64,000 bases of DNA from a virus: the IMG/VR virus record IMGVR_UViG_3300021141_000001, one strand, 5' to 3'. The position numbers and the translations under genes were made by a program. This document shows, one piece after another, positions 28,364 through 39,931 of the stretch. The notes beneath the pieces were generated by a model that did not search any database, was not told the DNA's origin, and saw nothing but the letters and a program-made list of their open reading frames with translations. Positions within the stretch are counted from its first letter, which is position 1, and each line of letters begins with the position of its first letter.

Positions 28364-28579
28364 GTGAAAAAAGAGGATGACTTAATATATGACTTGATTT
28401 TTTCGGAAAAAGAATCTTTTAAAATTGATATATCCGAGTATATTTCAGATATATATCAGTATGAAGATTTTATTGATAAAATTAAAAAGATTTTAAAAAA
28501 ATCTAAAGTTAAAATAATTATAAGTGAAACTCTGATGAGTAGTAAAACAGTAATCTGGGAATTAAAAGTTAAAAAATAA
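28364..28579 (+). CDS. Hypothetical protein
   Basis: 71-aa ORF between a late-type promoter and the giant structural gene. Confidence 0.5.
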   Translation: MKKEDDLIYDLIFSEKESFKIDISEYISDIYQYEDFIDKIKKILKKSKVKIIISETLMSSKTVIWELKVKK

Positions 28580-28581
28580 AT

Positions 28582-31500
28582 ATGTGGACATACAATACTG
28601 ATTATAGCAAATGGTACGCTAATGATGACTCAATCTCAAAGAATGATTTTGATTTTTTAAAACAAGAGTTAAAATCTACTAGGTTTTATTCAAGATGTTT
28701 AAGTGGTGCTACATATTTACCTGTAAATAGTCTTACTAATATTTATGATATACTAGGAAGTTATCAACAAAGAACATGGTATATTAGTACATTGGGTTCA
28801 CAATATAGTGTTACATCTATTCCTTCTCAACATGCTTCACCTATAGATTCAAATACTTCAAATGATTATTATACAAAGTATTTATCTGAATATGGCTTAA
28901 CATTAAAAAACTTATTTACGCCTTATAGATTAATAAAAGACGCTTCAAAGAACTTTTACTATGTTGATGTTGCTACAACTGAACAGATTGATTTAACAAC
29001 AGTAACAAAAGACTATTATATAGATGGTGTTAAATTATTAAATGGTCATAGAGTTTTAATTAAGGATCAAAAATTAAGTATTGTTTTACTAAACACTGCT
29101 GATCCTAATACTTATTTTACAGGACAATATAGCATTATACAAGATTTAGGTGGAACAATTGAGTACCAATATTACAGTGAGGAAAATGGTATTTATATTT
29201 ATAATGATGGTATTTTAGTTAGAGATTCTGATTTAGATGATTATAGTAGATGTGTGAGATATAGTGTCTCTGTTAAACTGGGTAATACTAATACTGATAA
29301 ACAATTTCATTTATCTAGACTACTAAGCGGTTATTTTCCTACAGTTTCATTAGCACAGCCTATTGAGTTTAAAGAAAAACATAACTGGATTTTAAGAAAT
29401 CGAGTTGATTATAATAATTTATTTGAGATAAACTACTATGATATAATTAAACATGGTACACAATCATATAATTATGAAGGTATTACTTATAGTGTTCCTG
29501 AAAGAACTTTATCTGTTGGTGAATTTGGTATTATTTTAAATACACAAGAAACTAAATCAAATATTATTAAAAATAAATATAAAGTTAATCTAAGAAGTAT
29601 TACAGAGACCTCAAATTTTTATTGGATATGTGGTGATGAAAATACACTTTTAAGAGTTAGAAAACATGATTTTTACATTGATAGAATTTTACTTGAAAAT
29701 ATTCCAACAACTTTACCAAATTTAATAAAAACTAATCTTTCTTCTGTTTCATTTTTTAATGATTTAGTAGGTGTTGTTGTTGGTGAATTGAATACTATAC
29801 TTTACACCAAAAATGGTGGTTACAAATGGGAAAGAATTGAAGTTGCTGATTTTAGTGAATATAACTATAATAAAGCTTTGTATTCTACAGGTTCTAGTTT
29901 TTTTGTAGCTGGTGATAATGGTGTTTTATTAGAATTTATTAATAGTATCGCCGGTTGGACAGCTTATAAAAGAAGAGTTTCTCAAATTGAAGATTCGGTT
30001 GATGAGTACATATTAGTTGAAAATATTAATGATTTATACAAAACTACAATTTCTAGTTGGAATGTTAGTTATAACTATTATACACAATCTATACCAACAA
30101 GTAAAGAATTACTTTTCTTAGTTACGAATAATAGTAAAATTATAGCTTATGATGTTAATAACTCATTCTCTCAAATAGGTACAGATTTTATTTACTTTGA
30201 CTTTGGAAAAGAGTATAGTGATATTAGAAATATTACACAAAGACAAGGTACTAATAAATTTTATTTTACAGGTACTGATCCAGTTAGTGGTGATGATGGT
30301 ATATTCTCATTTGATATAAGTAGTTTTAGTACATTAGGTACTGGTAGTTCTTATTCAAATACAACAGTTGGTGTTAATGCTACTTATGAATATGCTGCTT
30401 ATCCAAATGAAATATTTGATTATAATGGTACAAATTTATTAATATGTGGTAATACTTCATTATTAGGAACTTCCACATATTCAGTGTTAAATTTTAACTC
30501 ATTAGATTCTACATTTGAAGATAATTTAAAATCTAAGTTATTAGTTATTGATTATGATATTGCTTCTAAACTAAATTTCTTTACAGATGCTGGTGAATAT
30601 AGATTACCAAATTCAGTTACTTTTAGCAATACTACTTTGAATACTATAAATTCAAAAATTGGATTTAAGCCAATTCAACATCCATTAACGTCTACTAATA
30701 ATGGTACTTATTCAGAAACAAACTGGATTACATATTGGACAGATGCTGAAAAAACATTTGAGTATTATAATTTTACTCCAATGGATGAGTCAACTAAAGT
30801 TTTAATATCAACAACTTTTTCATATGATACTAATTCTACCTCTATATCATATAACAATACTCAAATTACAGCTTCTGCTTCATTAGTTTCTTTGTTAGCA
30901 CCGGCTATTACAATGTTCAATTTAGTAAAAAGTGTATCAATTAAAAGTGCTGGTACTGGTTATTCAACCGCTTCAAATGTTGCCACAACTGGTGGTTCTG
31001 GCACAGGATTAAAATTAAATATAACAGCTTCTGGTGGTTTGATAACATCAGTTAAAGTAGCTGTTAAAGGTGAGGGCTATAACGTTGGTGATGTTGTTAC
31101 TGTTACTGGTGGTACACTTGGTAAAATAAAAATTGACTCAATTGAGAATCATTCTCAAAGTAGATTTAATGGATATGGAATGCCTTCTATAACTGCTGTT
31201 CCTACTACTGGTGTTGCTGGTGCTTATAGAATATTTATTTATGATTATTTAATGATTTATAAAGTTGGATTAAGTTATCCAATTTCTGTTGGTGATATAA
31301 TGAAATTTGAAAGTGGTATTGTTGATACACAATTTATTGTAAATAAAGTTATAACAATCGGTTCTTGGAAATTTATTTATATGTACACTGAATTTAATCA
31401 AAATATGATAACTGATTTATTGAATACATTAAGTAATGTTACACTTACGAATTTAAATAAATACACAAATGTTGCTGAGTTAAAAGGTAGATTTAATGAA

Positions 31501-34500
31501 CACCCTATTTCAAATGCTTATAAATTAGATTATTTAGATTCCTATGGTGATGTAACAACTGCTACATCAAGTGTTTTTCAATTAAGTGCTAGATTTAATA
31601 ATCTAACTTCTTATTATAATTTACAAACATCAGTTAATGTTGGTACTAATACTCAAATAGTGCCTTATGTTTCAAACTATCAGTTTTCAGGTGGTGTTTC
31701 TTACTCAATCTCAACTACTGGTACAACTTACAGTTTTGCTAATGGTGTTTCTGCTAGTAATACTCTTACGCCGGTTGCTGGTCTCCTTGGACTTCCTGGT
31801 TTTGGAGGTGATGGTTCACCTGCTATCTCTGCTAAATTACAACTTCCAATTGGTATAAATTATGATAATGTTGGAAATTTATATATTGCGGACAGTTCAA
31901 ATAGAAGAATCAGAAAGGTTAGTGCTGGTGTTGGTGGAATAATAACTACAATTGCTGGTATTAATAATCCATTAGGTAATTATAGTGGTGATACTTCTCC
32001 GGCTATTGCTGCTGAACTTGAATCGGTTATTGATGTTGTTGTAGATAATATGTACAATGTTTATATAGTTGGTAATGCTGCGTCTAGTATTCATAATGTT
32101 ATTCGTAAAATTGATTTTGGAACAGGTAAAATAGATGTTTTTTCCGGAGGAGGAGGTGCTGGATATAACGGTGATGGTGGTCCTTGTTCTGACCCAAGTG
32201 TTCAGTTTAATAATCCAAAAGGATTACATATCTCAAATTTTGGATTTGGAACCGCTAATCCAGTTTTATATGTTGCTGATTATGATAATCATGCTATAAG
32301 ACAAATAGATTTAGTTACCAATATAATTACAACAGTTGCTGGTGATGGAACTTCAGGTTGGAGTGGTGATGGTGGCTTAGCAACTTCTGCTCAATTAAAA
32401 AAACCTACTTCAATAACAACTGATTCTTTTGGTAATCTATATATAGCCGATACTGAAAATTATAGAGTTAGAAAAGTAGATATAGTAACAGGTGAGATAT
32501 CAACTTTTGCTGGTAATGGTACTAGTGGTAATACAGGTGATGGTGGTTTAGCAAATATTGCTAGATTAGGTAGTGTTTCTGGAGTTACTGTTGATAATCT
32601 TAATAATCTTTATATAACATCTAATTCCGGTTCATCATATAGAATTCGTAGAGTTGATACAGCCGGTATAATATCAACATTTACAATAGGAACATCTGCT
32701 ATATCTAAAGTAGTAGTATCTCCATTGGGTGATATTGTATTTTCGGTTCCAGGTAGTAGTATTGTTCAAAAACAAGCACCACCAGAAACCAAAGCAATTG
32801 TTTCTAGTATTCTAACATTTTTACCTAATGAAAATGATACGGTTTTATTAAAACTAAATGGTATTTCTACTACATTTACATTTAAAACGAGTCCTTCGGC
32901 AGGAACAGATGTACTAATCGGTTCGAGTATAAATGATTGTTTGAATAATCTTAAAACTAAGATACAGTCAATTGTCATATATTCAACATATCTTTCTGAT
33001 GTTAGTGTTACTAGTAGTAATATAACTTTAACAATGGCAGATAATTATGGTTCTATACCTAATAATAATTCTAATTGGAATATATCTTTCTTTGACACTA
33101 TAATAACTAATGAAGTTAATGCTATTTTATCTGGATCAATGTCTGTTCCACCAATTAATGGCAATACTGCTGTAATATCTATTAATTCTATTAATACAAC
33201 ATATACATTTAAAAATATTGTTATTAATCCAACAACTGATATTCAAATAGCTGGTACATTAACCGGCACATTAACAAATCTATTACTTGGTATAACTTCT
33301 TCATATCCAACTTATATATCACCAACTTCTTCTATTATTGGTGGTGATACAATTAATCTTGTGGTTAAACCAAATTATGGTTCTATTCCAAATATAAATT
33401 CTAATTGGGGATTAACTTATAGCCTAACAGGTGGTGGTAACTATCAAACTAACTCATATAATATGGTTTACACCAATAGTTTCTTAAAATTTGGTTACTC
33501 TCCTACATATAATTTGTTAGATTATCTAACAAACATAAATAATATCAATGATGTTAATCCTAAATTTTATGCTACTAAAGAGTATTTAGCTATGCCTCAT
33601 TATGAAGGATTGCCTTTAGGTAGTTTAACATTCTCTACTGTTTATATTGATTATAATGGCATGACTGCTTCACTCGACTTAAATTCACAAGGTAATAAAA
33701 TTACATTTGGTTCAGATTTAAAATTAGAATGGGAGAGTATATTTATTAATACTTTTGTTGATGTTATTATTCATGGTACATCTGATTATACAACTGAAAG
33801 ACTGCTTGTAATGGACAAGTATTATGACTCATTAAATGATTTTTATATAATTGAGTTTCATAAAAGATTAAACTTTAATTTGGGTGACTCTGTAATTGGC
33901 AATGGTGGTACTTTAGATATTATTTCCAGAAGACATTTATTTCAAATAAGCGATGATTTACAAGAATTAAATAATATACAAAGAACTAAAGGTAAATCAA
34001 ACTCTTGGAAAGACCAAGGTCAGTATACATATGATACATATGAAAATGAATTGAATTTTAAAATTCCTACAGATTCGTATGCTAAGATATTACTTTCAGA
34101 CACAGACACAATTCAGTCTTTATCTTCAATAATTTATATTGATTATAAAAATGAATTGGCTATGAATATAACAAAATTGGCTAAAGAATATAATATAGCT
34201 ATAACAAATACCTTAAATTATACAAACAAACTTTATATCTCATGTGCTGAAAAACATGACTTAATAACTGGCGAAGGTGTTGTTTTGGAATTTACAGGTG
34301 GTGTTGGATCGTCACAGGAATTAAATCCTCAATACTCTGGTTATCATGTTATTACAAAAATAAATGAATATGATTTTATTACTGATATTGATTATGGTCA
34401 ATATCCAACTGTTGGTATTGATAGTGGTTATGTTAAATATACTAAACAAGATCCATTCTTAAATTATGAACCAGTTGATTTAATTGATTTAGGTGTTGAT

Positions 34501-35784
34501 GGTAAAGGTAAAATGGCTTTAGAGTTATCAACTGAAAGCGTAAAGATATCAAATAGTGTTTATAGTTTAATTGATGTTGATTTTGAAAAATATAGATTTA
34601 GATTAATTGATGGTTTGAATATAGAAACTGTTAATTTACAATATTCTTGGTTATTAGAAGCTGAGTTATCTGGTGCTCTTATAGGATTAGACACAAATGG
34701 ATTAGTTTGGTACAAAGGTACTTGGATATTTGGTAGATGGTTTGGTGGTACTTGGCAGTCAGGTGTTTGGATGTCAGGTGACTGGTATGATGGTACTTGG
34801 AACTCTAATATAGTTACTGATAAAAAATTAACAGCAGAGGTTGATACCAAAAGTGTTGATTTTGAACAATCATTCTGGTATACTGGTAGATGGTATGATG
34901 GTACTTGGAATGCGGGTATTTGGAATGGTGGTAGATGGTATGGCGGTACTTGGAATAATGGTATGTGGCATAAAGGTACTTGGAATGATGGTACTTGGAA
35001 CAATGGTAATTTCGAGGGTGGTATTTGGGTATTAGGTACTTGGAATAGAGGAGTATTTAATTGTGATAATGAGCCAGCTTATTGGTTAGATGGTAAATGG
35101 TATGGTGGTGACTTTGAAAATGGTATGTGGTATAACGGATATTGGGAACAAAAAAATACATCATCTAGATTTGGTACAAAGTCATTTAACAGTAGAACAG
35201 CCAACTGGCAGGCAGGTACTTGGGTGAGTGGTTCTTTCTTCTCATTTATAAATACTAATGATCAAGGAGTATTAGATGTAAGTGATGTACATAAATATTC
35301 TATTTGGAAAACAGGTCAGTGGTTATCAGGTGAATGGTATGGTGGTATTGCTTATAACATGGACTTTAAAATAGGTACCTGGTATGGTGGTATATTAGAA
35401 GATATTGAAGTTATTGCTATTGATATAATTAAAAATACATTTACATTAAATGGTATATTTAAATTTAATATTGGTGATACTATAAATATCATTGATAATC
35501 AAATTGATAATGCTAATTCAGTTTATGGTTCTAATTTGAATCCAGGTGTTTATAGAGTTTTATATCAAACAGAAGACACTACAAATAAGAGAACTATTCT
35601 TTATGTAGATTCTAATCTAAATGGACCAGCAGTCACATCAGTAACCGATACAGGACTAAGAGTCGTTTCTAAATTTAAGAACTTAAATTGGAAGTCGGGT
35701 ATTTGGACTAATGGTATTTATGAAACAGGTCTTTGGGAAGGTGGTATTTGGTATAATGGTGTGTTCAGTGGAACATGGTCATAA
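28582..35784 (+). CDS. Giant putative virion structural protein (tail/baseplate) with beta-propeller, NHL-repeat insert and W-x-x-G pentapeptide repeats
   Basis: IDGVKL..G.RVLIKDQ...ENGIY phage tail motif; T.NGG..W repeat; NHL units GDGGLATSAQL..P..I..D..GNLYIAD; C-terminal GTWNNG repeats. Confidence 0.75.
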   Translation: MWTYNTDYSKWYANDDSISKNDFDFLKQELKSTRFYSRCLSGATYLPVNSLTNIYDILGSYQQRTWYISTLGSQYSVTSIPSQHASPIDSNTSNDYYTKYLSEYGLTLKNLFTPYRLIKDASKNFYYVDVATTEQIDLTTVTKDYYIDGVKLLNGHRVLIKDQKLSIVLLNTADPNTYFTGQYSIIQDLGGTIEYQYYSEENGIYIYNDGILVRDSDLDDYSRCVRYSVSVKLGNTNTDKQFHLSRLLSGYFPTVSLAQPIEFKEKHNWILRNRVDYNNLFEINYYDIIKHGTQSYNYEGITYSVPERTLSVGEFGIILNTQETKSNIIKNKYKVNLRSITETSNFYWICGDENTLLRVRKHDFYIDRILLENIPTTLPNLIKTNLSSVSFFNDLVGVVVGELNTILYTKNGGYKWERIEVADFSEYNYNKALYSTGSSFFVAGDNGVLLEFINSIAGWTAYKRRVSQIEDSVDEYILVENINDLYKTTISSWNVSYNYYTQSIPTSKELLFLVTNNSKIIAYDVNNSFSQIGTDFIYFDFGKEYSDIRNITQRQGTNKFYFTGTDPVSGDDGIFSFDISSFSTLGTGSSYSNTTVGVNATYEYAAYPNEIFDYNGTNLLICGNTSLLGTSTYSVLNFNSLDSTFEDNLKSKLLVIDYDIASKLNFFTDAGEYRLPNSVTFSNTTLNTINSKIGFKPIQHPLTSTNNGTYSETNWITYWTDAEKTFEYYNFTPMDESTKVLISTTFSYDTNSTSISYNNTQITASASLVSLLAPAITMFNLVKSVSIKSAGTGYSTASNVATTGGSGTGLKLNITASGGLITSVKVAVKGEGYNVGDVVTVTGGTLGKIKIDSIENHSQSRFNGYGMPSITAVPTTGVAGAYRIFIYDYLMIYKVGLSYPISVGDIMKFESGIVDTQFIVNKVITIGSWKFIYMYTEFNQNMITDLLNTLSNVTLTNLNKYTNVAELKGRFNEHPISNAYKLDYLDSYGDVTTATSSVFQLSARFNNLTSYYNLQTSVNVGTNTQIVPYVSNYQFSGGVSYSISTTGTTYSFANGVSASNTLTPVAGLLGLPGFGGDGSPAISAKLQLPIGINYDNVGNLYIADSSNRRIRKVSAGVGGIITTIAGINNPLGNYSGDTSPAIAAELESVIDVVVDNMYNVYIVGNAASSIHNVIRKIDFGTGKIDVFSGGGGAGYNGDGGPCSDPSVQFNNPKGLHISNFGFGTANPVLYVADYDNHAIRQIDLVTNIITTVAGDGTSGWSGDGGLATSAQLKKPTSITTDSFGNLYIADTENYRVRKVDIVTGEISTFAGNGTSGNTGDGGLANIARLGSVSGVTVDNLNNLYITSNSGSSYRIRRVDTAGIISTFTIGTSAISKVVVSPLGDIVFSVPGSSIVQKQAPPETKAIVSSILTFLPNENDTVLLKLNGISTTFTFKTSPSAGTDVLIGSSINDCLNNLKTKIQSIVIYSTYLSDVSVTSSNITLTMADNYGSIPNNNSNWNISFFDTIITNEVNAILSGSMSVPPINGNTAVISINSINTTYTFKNIVINPTTDIQIAGTLTGTLTNLLLGITSSYPTYISPTSSIIGGDTINLVVKPNYGSIPNINSNWGLTYSLTGGGNYQTNSYNMVYTNSFLKFGYSPTYNLLDYLTNINNINDVNPKFYATKEYLAMPHYEGLPLGSLTFSTVYIDYNGMTASLDLNSQGNKITFGSDLKLEWESIFINTFVDVIIHGTSDYTTERLLVMDKYYDSLNDFYIIEFHKRLNFNLGDSVIGNGGTLDIISRRHLFQISDDLQELNNIQRTKGKSNSWKDQGQYTYDTYENELNFKIPTDSYAKILLSDTDTIQSLSSIIYIDYKNELAMNITKLAKEYNIAITNTLNYTNKLYISCAEKHDLITGEGVVLEFTGGVGSSQELNPQYSGYHVITKINEYDFITDIDYGQYPTVGIDSGYVKYTKQDPFLNYEPVDLIDLGVDGKGKMALELSTESVKISNSVYSLIDVDFEKYRFRLIDGLNIETVNLQYSWLLEAELSGALIGLDTNGLVWYKGTWIFGRWFGGTWQSGVWMSGDWYDGTWNSNIVTDKKLTAEVDTKSVDFEQSFWYTGRWYDGTWNAGIWNGGRWYGGTWNNGMWHKGTWNDGTWNNGNFEGGIWVLGTWNRGVFNCDNEPAYWLDGKWYGGDFENGMWYNGYWEQKNTSSRFGTKSFNSRTANWQAGTWVSGSFFSFINTNDQGVLDVSDVHKYSIWKTGQWLSGEWYGGIAYNMDFKIGTWYGGILEDIEVIAIDIIKNTFTLNGIFKFNIGDTINIIDNQIDNANSVYGSNLNPGVYRVLYQTEDTTNKRTILYVDSNLNGPAVTSVTDTGLRVVSKFKNLNWKSGIWTNGIYETGLWEGGIWYNGVFSGTWS

Positions 35785-35799
35785 ATTATAAATTAAATT

Positions 35800-35808
35800 T
35801 AATATATA
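35800..35808 (+). promoter_or_regulatory. Putative late promoter TAATATATA
   Basis: Motif ends 4 nt before the ATG at 35813. Confidence 0.65.
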
Positions 35809-35812
35809 CACT

Positions 35813-36202
35813 ATGATTAAGAAATATCTACAATTTATAAATGAAGCTGACGAAACAACTACTGAATCACCAGTTGAAAAATCACAAGATAGTGGTAAAT
35901 ATACTGAGTTGAAAGATGAAGTTAAATCAATGATTGAAAAAACTATCGAAAAAAGTGGTGGTGAATTCAAATCATTTGTAGATAAATTTATCAAATCTCC
36001 TGAAGATGTTAAAATTGAAGGATTTATAAATGATTCGGATATCTATGAATTTTATTTAAAATTCAGAAATGATATTGATGAATTATTAAATAATATTAAA
36101 TATTTTAATGAGGTACCAAGTGAATCTAACACTTTTGGTTTATATGATTATATTATAAATGGTACTGAAAAAGCAGTCTCTGAGATAGTTAAAGAGTTAT
36201 AA
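35813..36202 (+). CDS. Putative internal head protein
   Basis: N-terminus MIKKYLQFINEA. Confidence 0.6.
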   Translation: MIKKYLQFINEADETTTESPVEKSQDSGKYTELKDEVKSMIEKTIEKSGGEFKSFVDKFIKSPEDVKIEGFINDSDIYEFYLKFRNDIDELLNNIKYFNEVPSESNTFGLYDYIINGTEKAVSEIVKEL

Positions 36203-36638
36203 CCTTTTTCTTTTTTGACTCTATAAATTTAATTCTAGGTAGTTTTTTAATTTTATCACTCATCTCAAAATGATGAAGAGTATTAACTACTACAATTAAT
36301 TCAAATTTATTATATTCTTTTTCAAGTCTTATTAAATCTATTAATAATTCAGCTAAACCTTTTTTATTATTATCAACTAAAAAGTTTATTGGATCAATAA
36401 CAACATAAGATAGTTTATTACCATAAAGACCTCCGTGATTTAATATTTCAAATTCTAAATCTATTAAAAATGAACTTCTATGATAAGCTGTTACTTGAAT
36501 ATTCTTATTTAATAATTCTAATTTTTTTATATTCTTATCAAAATCTAAAGCAAAGTACAACGACTTCTTAGATGGGTCTAAGAGTTTAATTGCTTTTGTT
36601 GACTTACCTGAGTTAGATTCACCGTAGATAACTACCAT
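36189..36638 (-). CDS. Minimal RecA-fold P-loop ATPase-like protein
   Basis: Walker A GESNSGKS, Walker B YVVIDP; only 149 aa. Confidence 0.6.
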   Translation of the reverse strand: MVVIYGESNSGKSTKAIKLLDPSKKSLYFALDFDKNIKKLELLNKNIQVTAYHRSSFLIDLEFEILNHGGLYGNKLSYVVIDPINFLVDNNKKGLAELLIDLIRLEKEYNKFELIVVVNTLHHFEMSDKIKKLPRIKFIESKKKKVITL

Positions 36639-37075
36639 TTGATATAATGTTTAACGATACTATAAGTATTTTGATGTAAATAAAAGTGATTTACTATCAA
36701 ATACAAATATAAACATAATCTTGTTAATAAGAAAGTAATTGAGGTTAATTTATGTAATATTGTAAATTTTATAGGTTTTAAAATAATATTTAGAATATAG
36801 GATAGTAGTAAAATTATTCCAAATATGTACCAACTTGAAGTAAAGAATCCGCCTATTATCCAAATAAGTTCAAAAACGCCTAATATGTTTGATGATTCAG
36901 AAAGAGAATATTCTTTTTTACTTCTAAAATCTCTTTTACTTGGTTTTCTACCAACTATTTTCTCATACTTTTCTTTCCATTCTTTAAGTGAGTAAAGCTT
37001 TCCAAATTTTAGAATAGTTGATATAGTAGATAAGACTACTAAAACACCAATTAAATAATATATATTACCTATCAT
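36632..37075 (-). CDS. Multi-pass membrane protein
   Basis: About four hydrophobic helices. Confidence 0.65.
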   Translation of the reverse strand: MIGNIYYLIGVLVVLSTISTILKFGKLYSLKEWKEKYEKIVGRKPSKRDFRSKKEYSLSESSNILGVFELIWIIGGFFTSSWYIFGIILLLSYILNIILKPIKFTILHKLTSITFLLTRLCLYLYLIVNHFYLHQNTYSIVKHYIKW

Positions 37076-37172
37076 GATTATTATATTTATTAAATACTCT
37101 TAGTTTCCTATTTTCAAACAAACAGAAGATGTAAATAATTATATATAGATAATAAAATTAATTGACAATTAA

Positions 37173-39884
37173 ATGGCATCTACACCTCTTTATAAGTTTT
37201 TAAAATCGAATGGAACTTCATTTTATGCTTTCCCAGGTGCGGCTGAAGACATATCAGCGGCTTACCAGAATTCAAACTACAAGATGTATTTCTCTAAGTT
37301 TGTATTATTAAATTTCCCTAAACAAAATTTAACAGCTGGTACAATGTCAAATCCTATTGTATTTGATTTTGATAATTCATTTCAAAAGTCAGTTAATGCT
37401 ACTCCTCCTAGTAACTTCAACGACCAATTAATTGAATCTTTAAGAAACTATATAGCTAACCAAGAAGTTGTTATCAGAGAGTCTAGGTTAAACAATACTA
37501 AATATTATTATGATACAAATGCTTTGGAGACTCCAACAGAAAAAGTATTTTTCAAATGGGCTAAAAAATTAAATCTTATTGACTTTGAACCGGCTATTCC
37601 AGATGATGAATATTTTAGTAATTTAAATGAATTTCAAAGAAATAATATTAATGATGATCAATATTTTCCTGAATATTTATGGAAAGAAAGAGAAGTTCTT
37701 TCTTGGGATGCTATTTCATTCTATGAAAGTGGTGTTTCTGGATTTGGTGGTAAATTAGAAGTTGAATTTGCTGGTACTACTAATTTTAGAGTTGGTGATA
37801 AAGTAAAAATTTATGATGTTAGTAACTCTACAATATATAACGATGCTAATTTAATTGGTTCTGATACTTTTGATGGTGTTAAAACAGATATTATTTATAT
37901 AACACCAGCTGGTGCCACACAAGGTCAAAAAATTATTATGGACATTGATACAACAATGTCACAAGAATTCGAAACAACTGGACAAGTTGAATTAGTTTAT
38001 AATAGATTTGTACAATATATTGGTGAGGTTAGTGGTATTTCTAATGTTCAAGAAGCAAATAGAAATTATACTGAGGTTTATGCTCATATTCCTGATCATA
38101 CTGGACAAACTCCAGATATTTTATTTAGAACTACATATGATGTTAATTACAAACCAAATTTAACATTCCCTATTTTACCAAGTCAGTATCAACCAGAAGT
38201 TTTAGGAGCTGAGTTATTTAACTCGCCTATTGTTAGTTATCCTCAAAATTATCCAGGTTCATATTTTGCTCAATTTGATACACCTGATTTTACTTATGAA
38301 ACAGCTACGGGTGATACTTTAAGAAGAAGTGGTTCATATTTTGGTGTTTCTGGTGATATTAATAATCCTATTGTTAATGGTAAATCTATTGATGGTGTTG
38401 GAGTTGATTTTAATACTAGTCACTATGTTAAAATGAATATTTTTAATAAAGTTTTGACTAATTTTGATCAGTTTAATGCTTTAGAAGTTAATAATACACC
38501 ACCTGAAGATTTTGAATTTAATTCTATTTTATGGTATTATACAGTTCAAAAAGTAGATTTAACTGGTGTTATTACAACTAAGACAAATTTATATGGTATT
38601 TCATTCTTAGATAATCCGGATAATAATCCTGTTCAGGAAGAAATTGGAGTTAGATTTCCAATCTTCAAAAAAATGGTTTCAAATGGTAAACATGATGGTA
38701 CTTCATATGCTTTTAGTTTGAATTTAAATTTTAATATCTTAAATGATAATCCACAACAATCTTATAATCCTGAAGCTATTAACTCATTATTTAGTATGAA
38801 TTTATTTAATCAAGCTATGTCTAGATTATCTTCTACTAATGATAGTTTCTTAAATGTTTTATCAGAACAAGGTTTATTGAGAGATCAAATTGATGCTTTA
38901 AAACAATTACTTTATACACAAACTGATATCTCTACTATTAATACTAAAATATCAAATCTTGAAAATCTTTTAAGATTATACTCAACTAATCAGATAATTA
39001 ATAGTGATAGTATTACAGCCGTTACAAATCCTGGAACACCAGCCTCTATATCTTTATATAATAAAGAAACATCATATACTTCAATTAATAATATTAAAAC
39101 TACTGATTTATATACTGCTACAGGTATAATTCCATTAAATTTAACAGTACCTGAAAATAAAAATTTCTTATTAAATATTGTAAATAATGATGAGGTGAAT
39201 TTAACACTACCTAATAATGATAGATTAACTATTATTTTAGATAGAGATTTATCTTATAAACAAAGTGTTGATATTATTATAACTGGTAGCCAAATGGCAT
39301 CTCAAAATAAAAAATTAGATATTTATATTAATACAACAATTCCTTCTACAACATCCGGACTAACAACAACTGAAGCACTTTTAATTGGTGATATTGATTT
39401 ACCAGTTTATTTTAATACAATAAATTCACTTCCTAATTCTTCTTATTTATGGTCAGATTTTAATTTTAATATTGACTTTAGTCAAACTATTCAATATACA
39501 TTGGGTAATATTCTTGAAGTTCCTTTATCAGGTAATCAATTAATTATTAACAATTCTATTAAAGCTGGTGACACCTTCAAATTAAATAATTTCTTTGTTG
39601 GTACTGCCTCTATATTTGACTTCTCTGGTCAATATACTGTTGATTCTGTTGGTGGTGCTACAAGTTCTTATATTTATTTAAATGCTGATAGTAATCCTGA
39701 TTTAGTTGCTTATGGTGCTTCTGCTTCATTACCTCTATATTTTCATGGTACTGCTTCTACACTTTTATCAAATAGTCCTTATTTCATATTAAATAAAGGT
39801 AAAAAGATAAAATTAACTAGAGTAGATTCATCTGATGTTTCTATTTCTGAAAAATATCAAATAGATATACAAGATATAAAATAA
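37173..39884 (+). CDS. Putative virion structural protein (baseplate/tail)
   Basis: 903 aa, N/T/S-rich, one coiled-coil stretch, late-type promoter, in a structural cluster. Confidence 0.6.
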   Translation: MASTPLYKFLKSNGTSFYAFPGAAEDISAAYQNSNYKMYFSKFVLLNFPKQNLTAGTMSNPIVFDFDNSFQKSVNATPPSNFNDQLIESLRNYIANQEVVIRESRLNNTKYYYDTNALETPTEKVFFKWAKKLNLIDFEPAIPDDEYFSNLNEFQRNNINDDQYFPEYLWKEREVLSWDAISFYESGVSGFGGKLEVEFAGTTNFRVGDKVKIYDVSNSTIYNDANLIGSDTFDGVKTDIIYITPAGATQGQKIIMDIDTTMSQEFETTGQVELVYNRFVQYIGEVSGISNVQEANRNYTEVYAHIPDHTGQTPDILFRTTYDVNYKPNLTFPILPSQYQPEVLGAELFNSPIVSYPQNYPGSYFAQFDTPDFTYETATGDTLRRSGSYFGVSGDINNPIVNGKSIDGVGVDFNTSHYVKMNIFNKVLTNFDQFNALEVNNTPPEDFEFNSILWYYTVQKVDLTGVITTKTNLYGISFLDNPDNNPVQEEIGVRFPIFKKMVSNGKHDGTSYAFSLNLNFNILNDNPQQSYNPEAINSLFSMNLFNQAMSRLSSTNDSFLNVLSEQGLLRDQIDALKQLLYTQTDISTINTKISNLENLLRLYSTNQIINSDSITAVTNPGTPASISLYNKETSYTSINNIKTTDLYTATGIIPLNLTVPENKNFLLNIVNNDEVNLTLPNNDRLTIILDRDLSYKQSVDIIITGSQMASQNKKLDIYINTTIPSTTSGLTTTEALLIGDIDLPVYFNTINSLPNSSYLWSDFNFNIDFSQTIQYTLGNILEVPLSGNQLIINNSIKAGDTFKLNNFFVGTASIFDFSGQYTVDSVGGATSSYIYLNADSNPDLVAYGASASLPLYFHGTASTLLSNSPYFILNKGKKIKLTRVDSSDVSISEKYQIDIQDIK

Positions 39885-39931
39885 AGTGTCTTTCAATTTT
39901 AATATATATGTTAAAATAAAAAAGATACATT

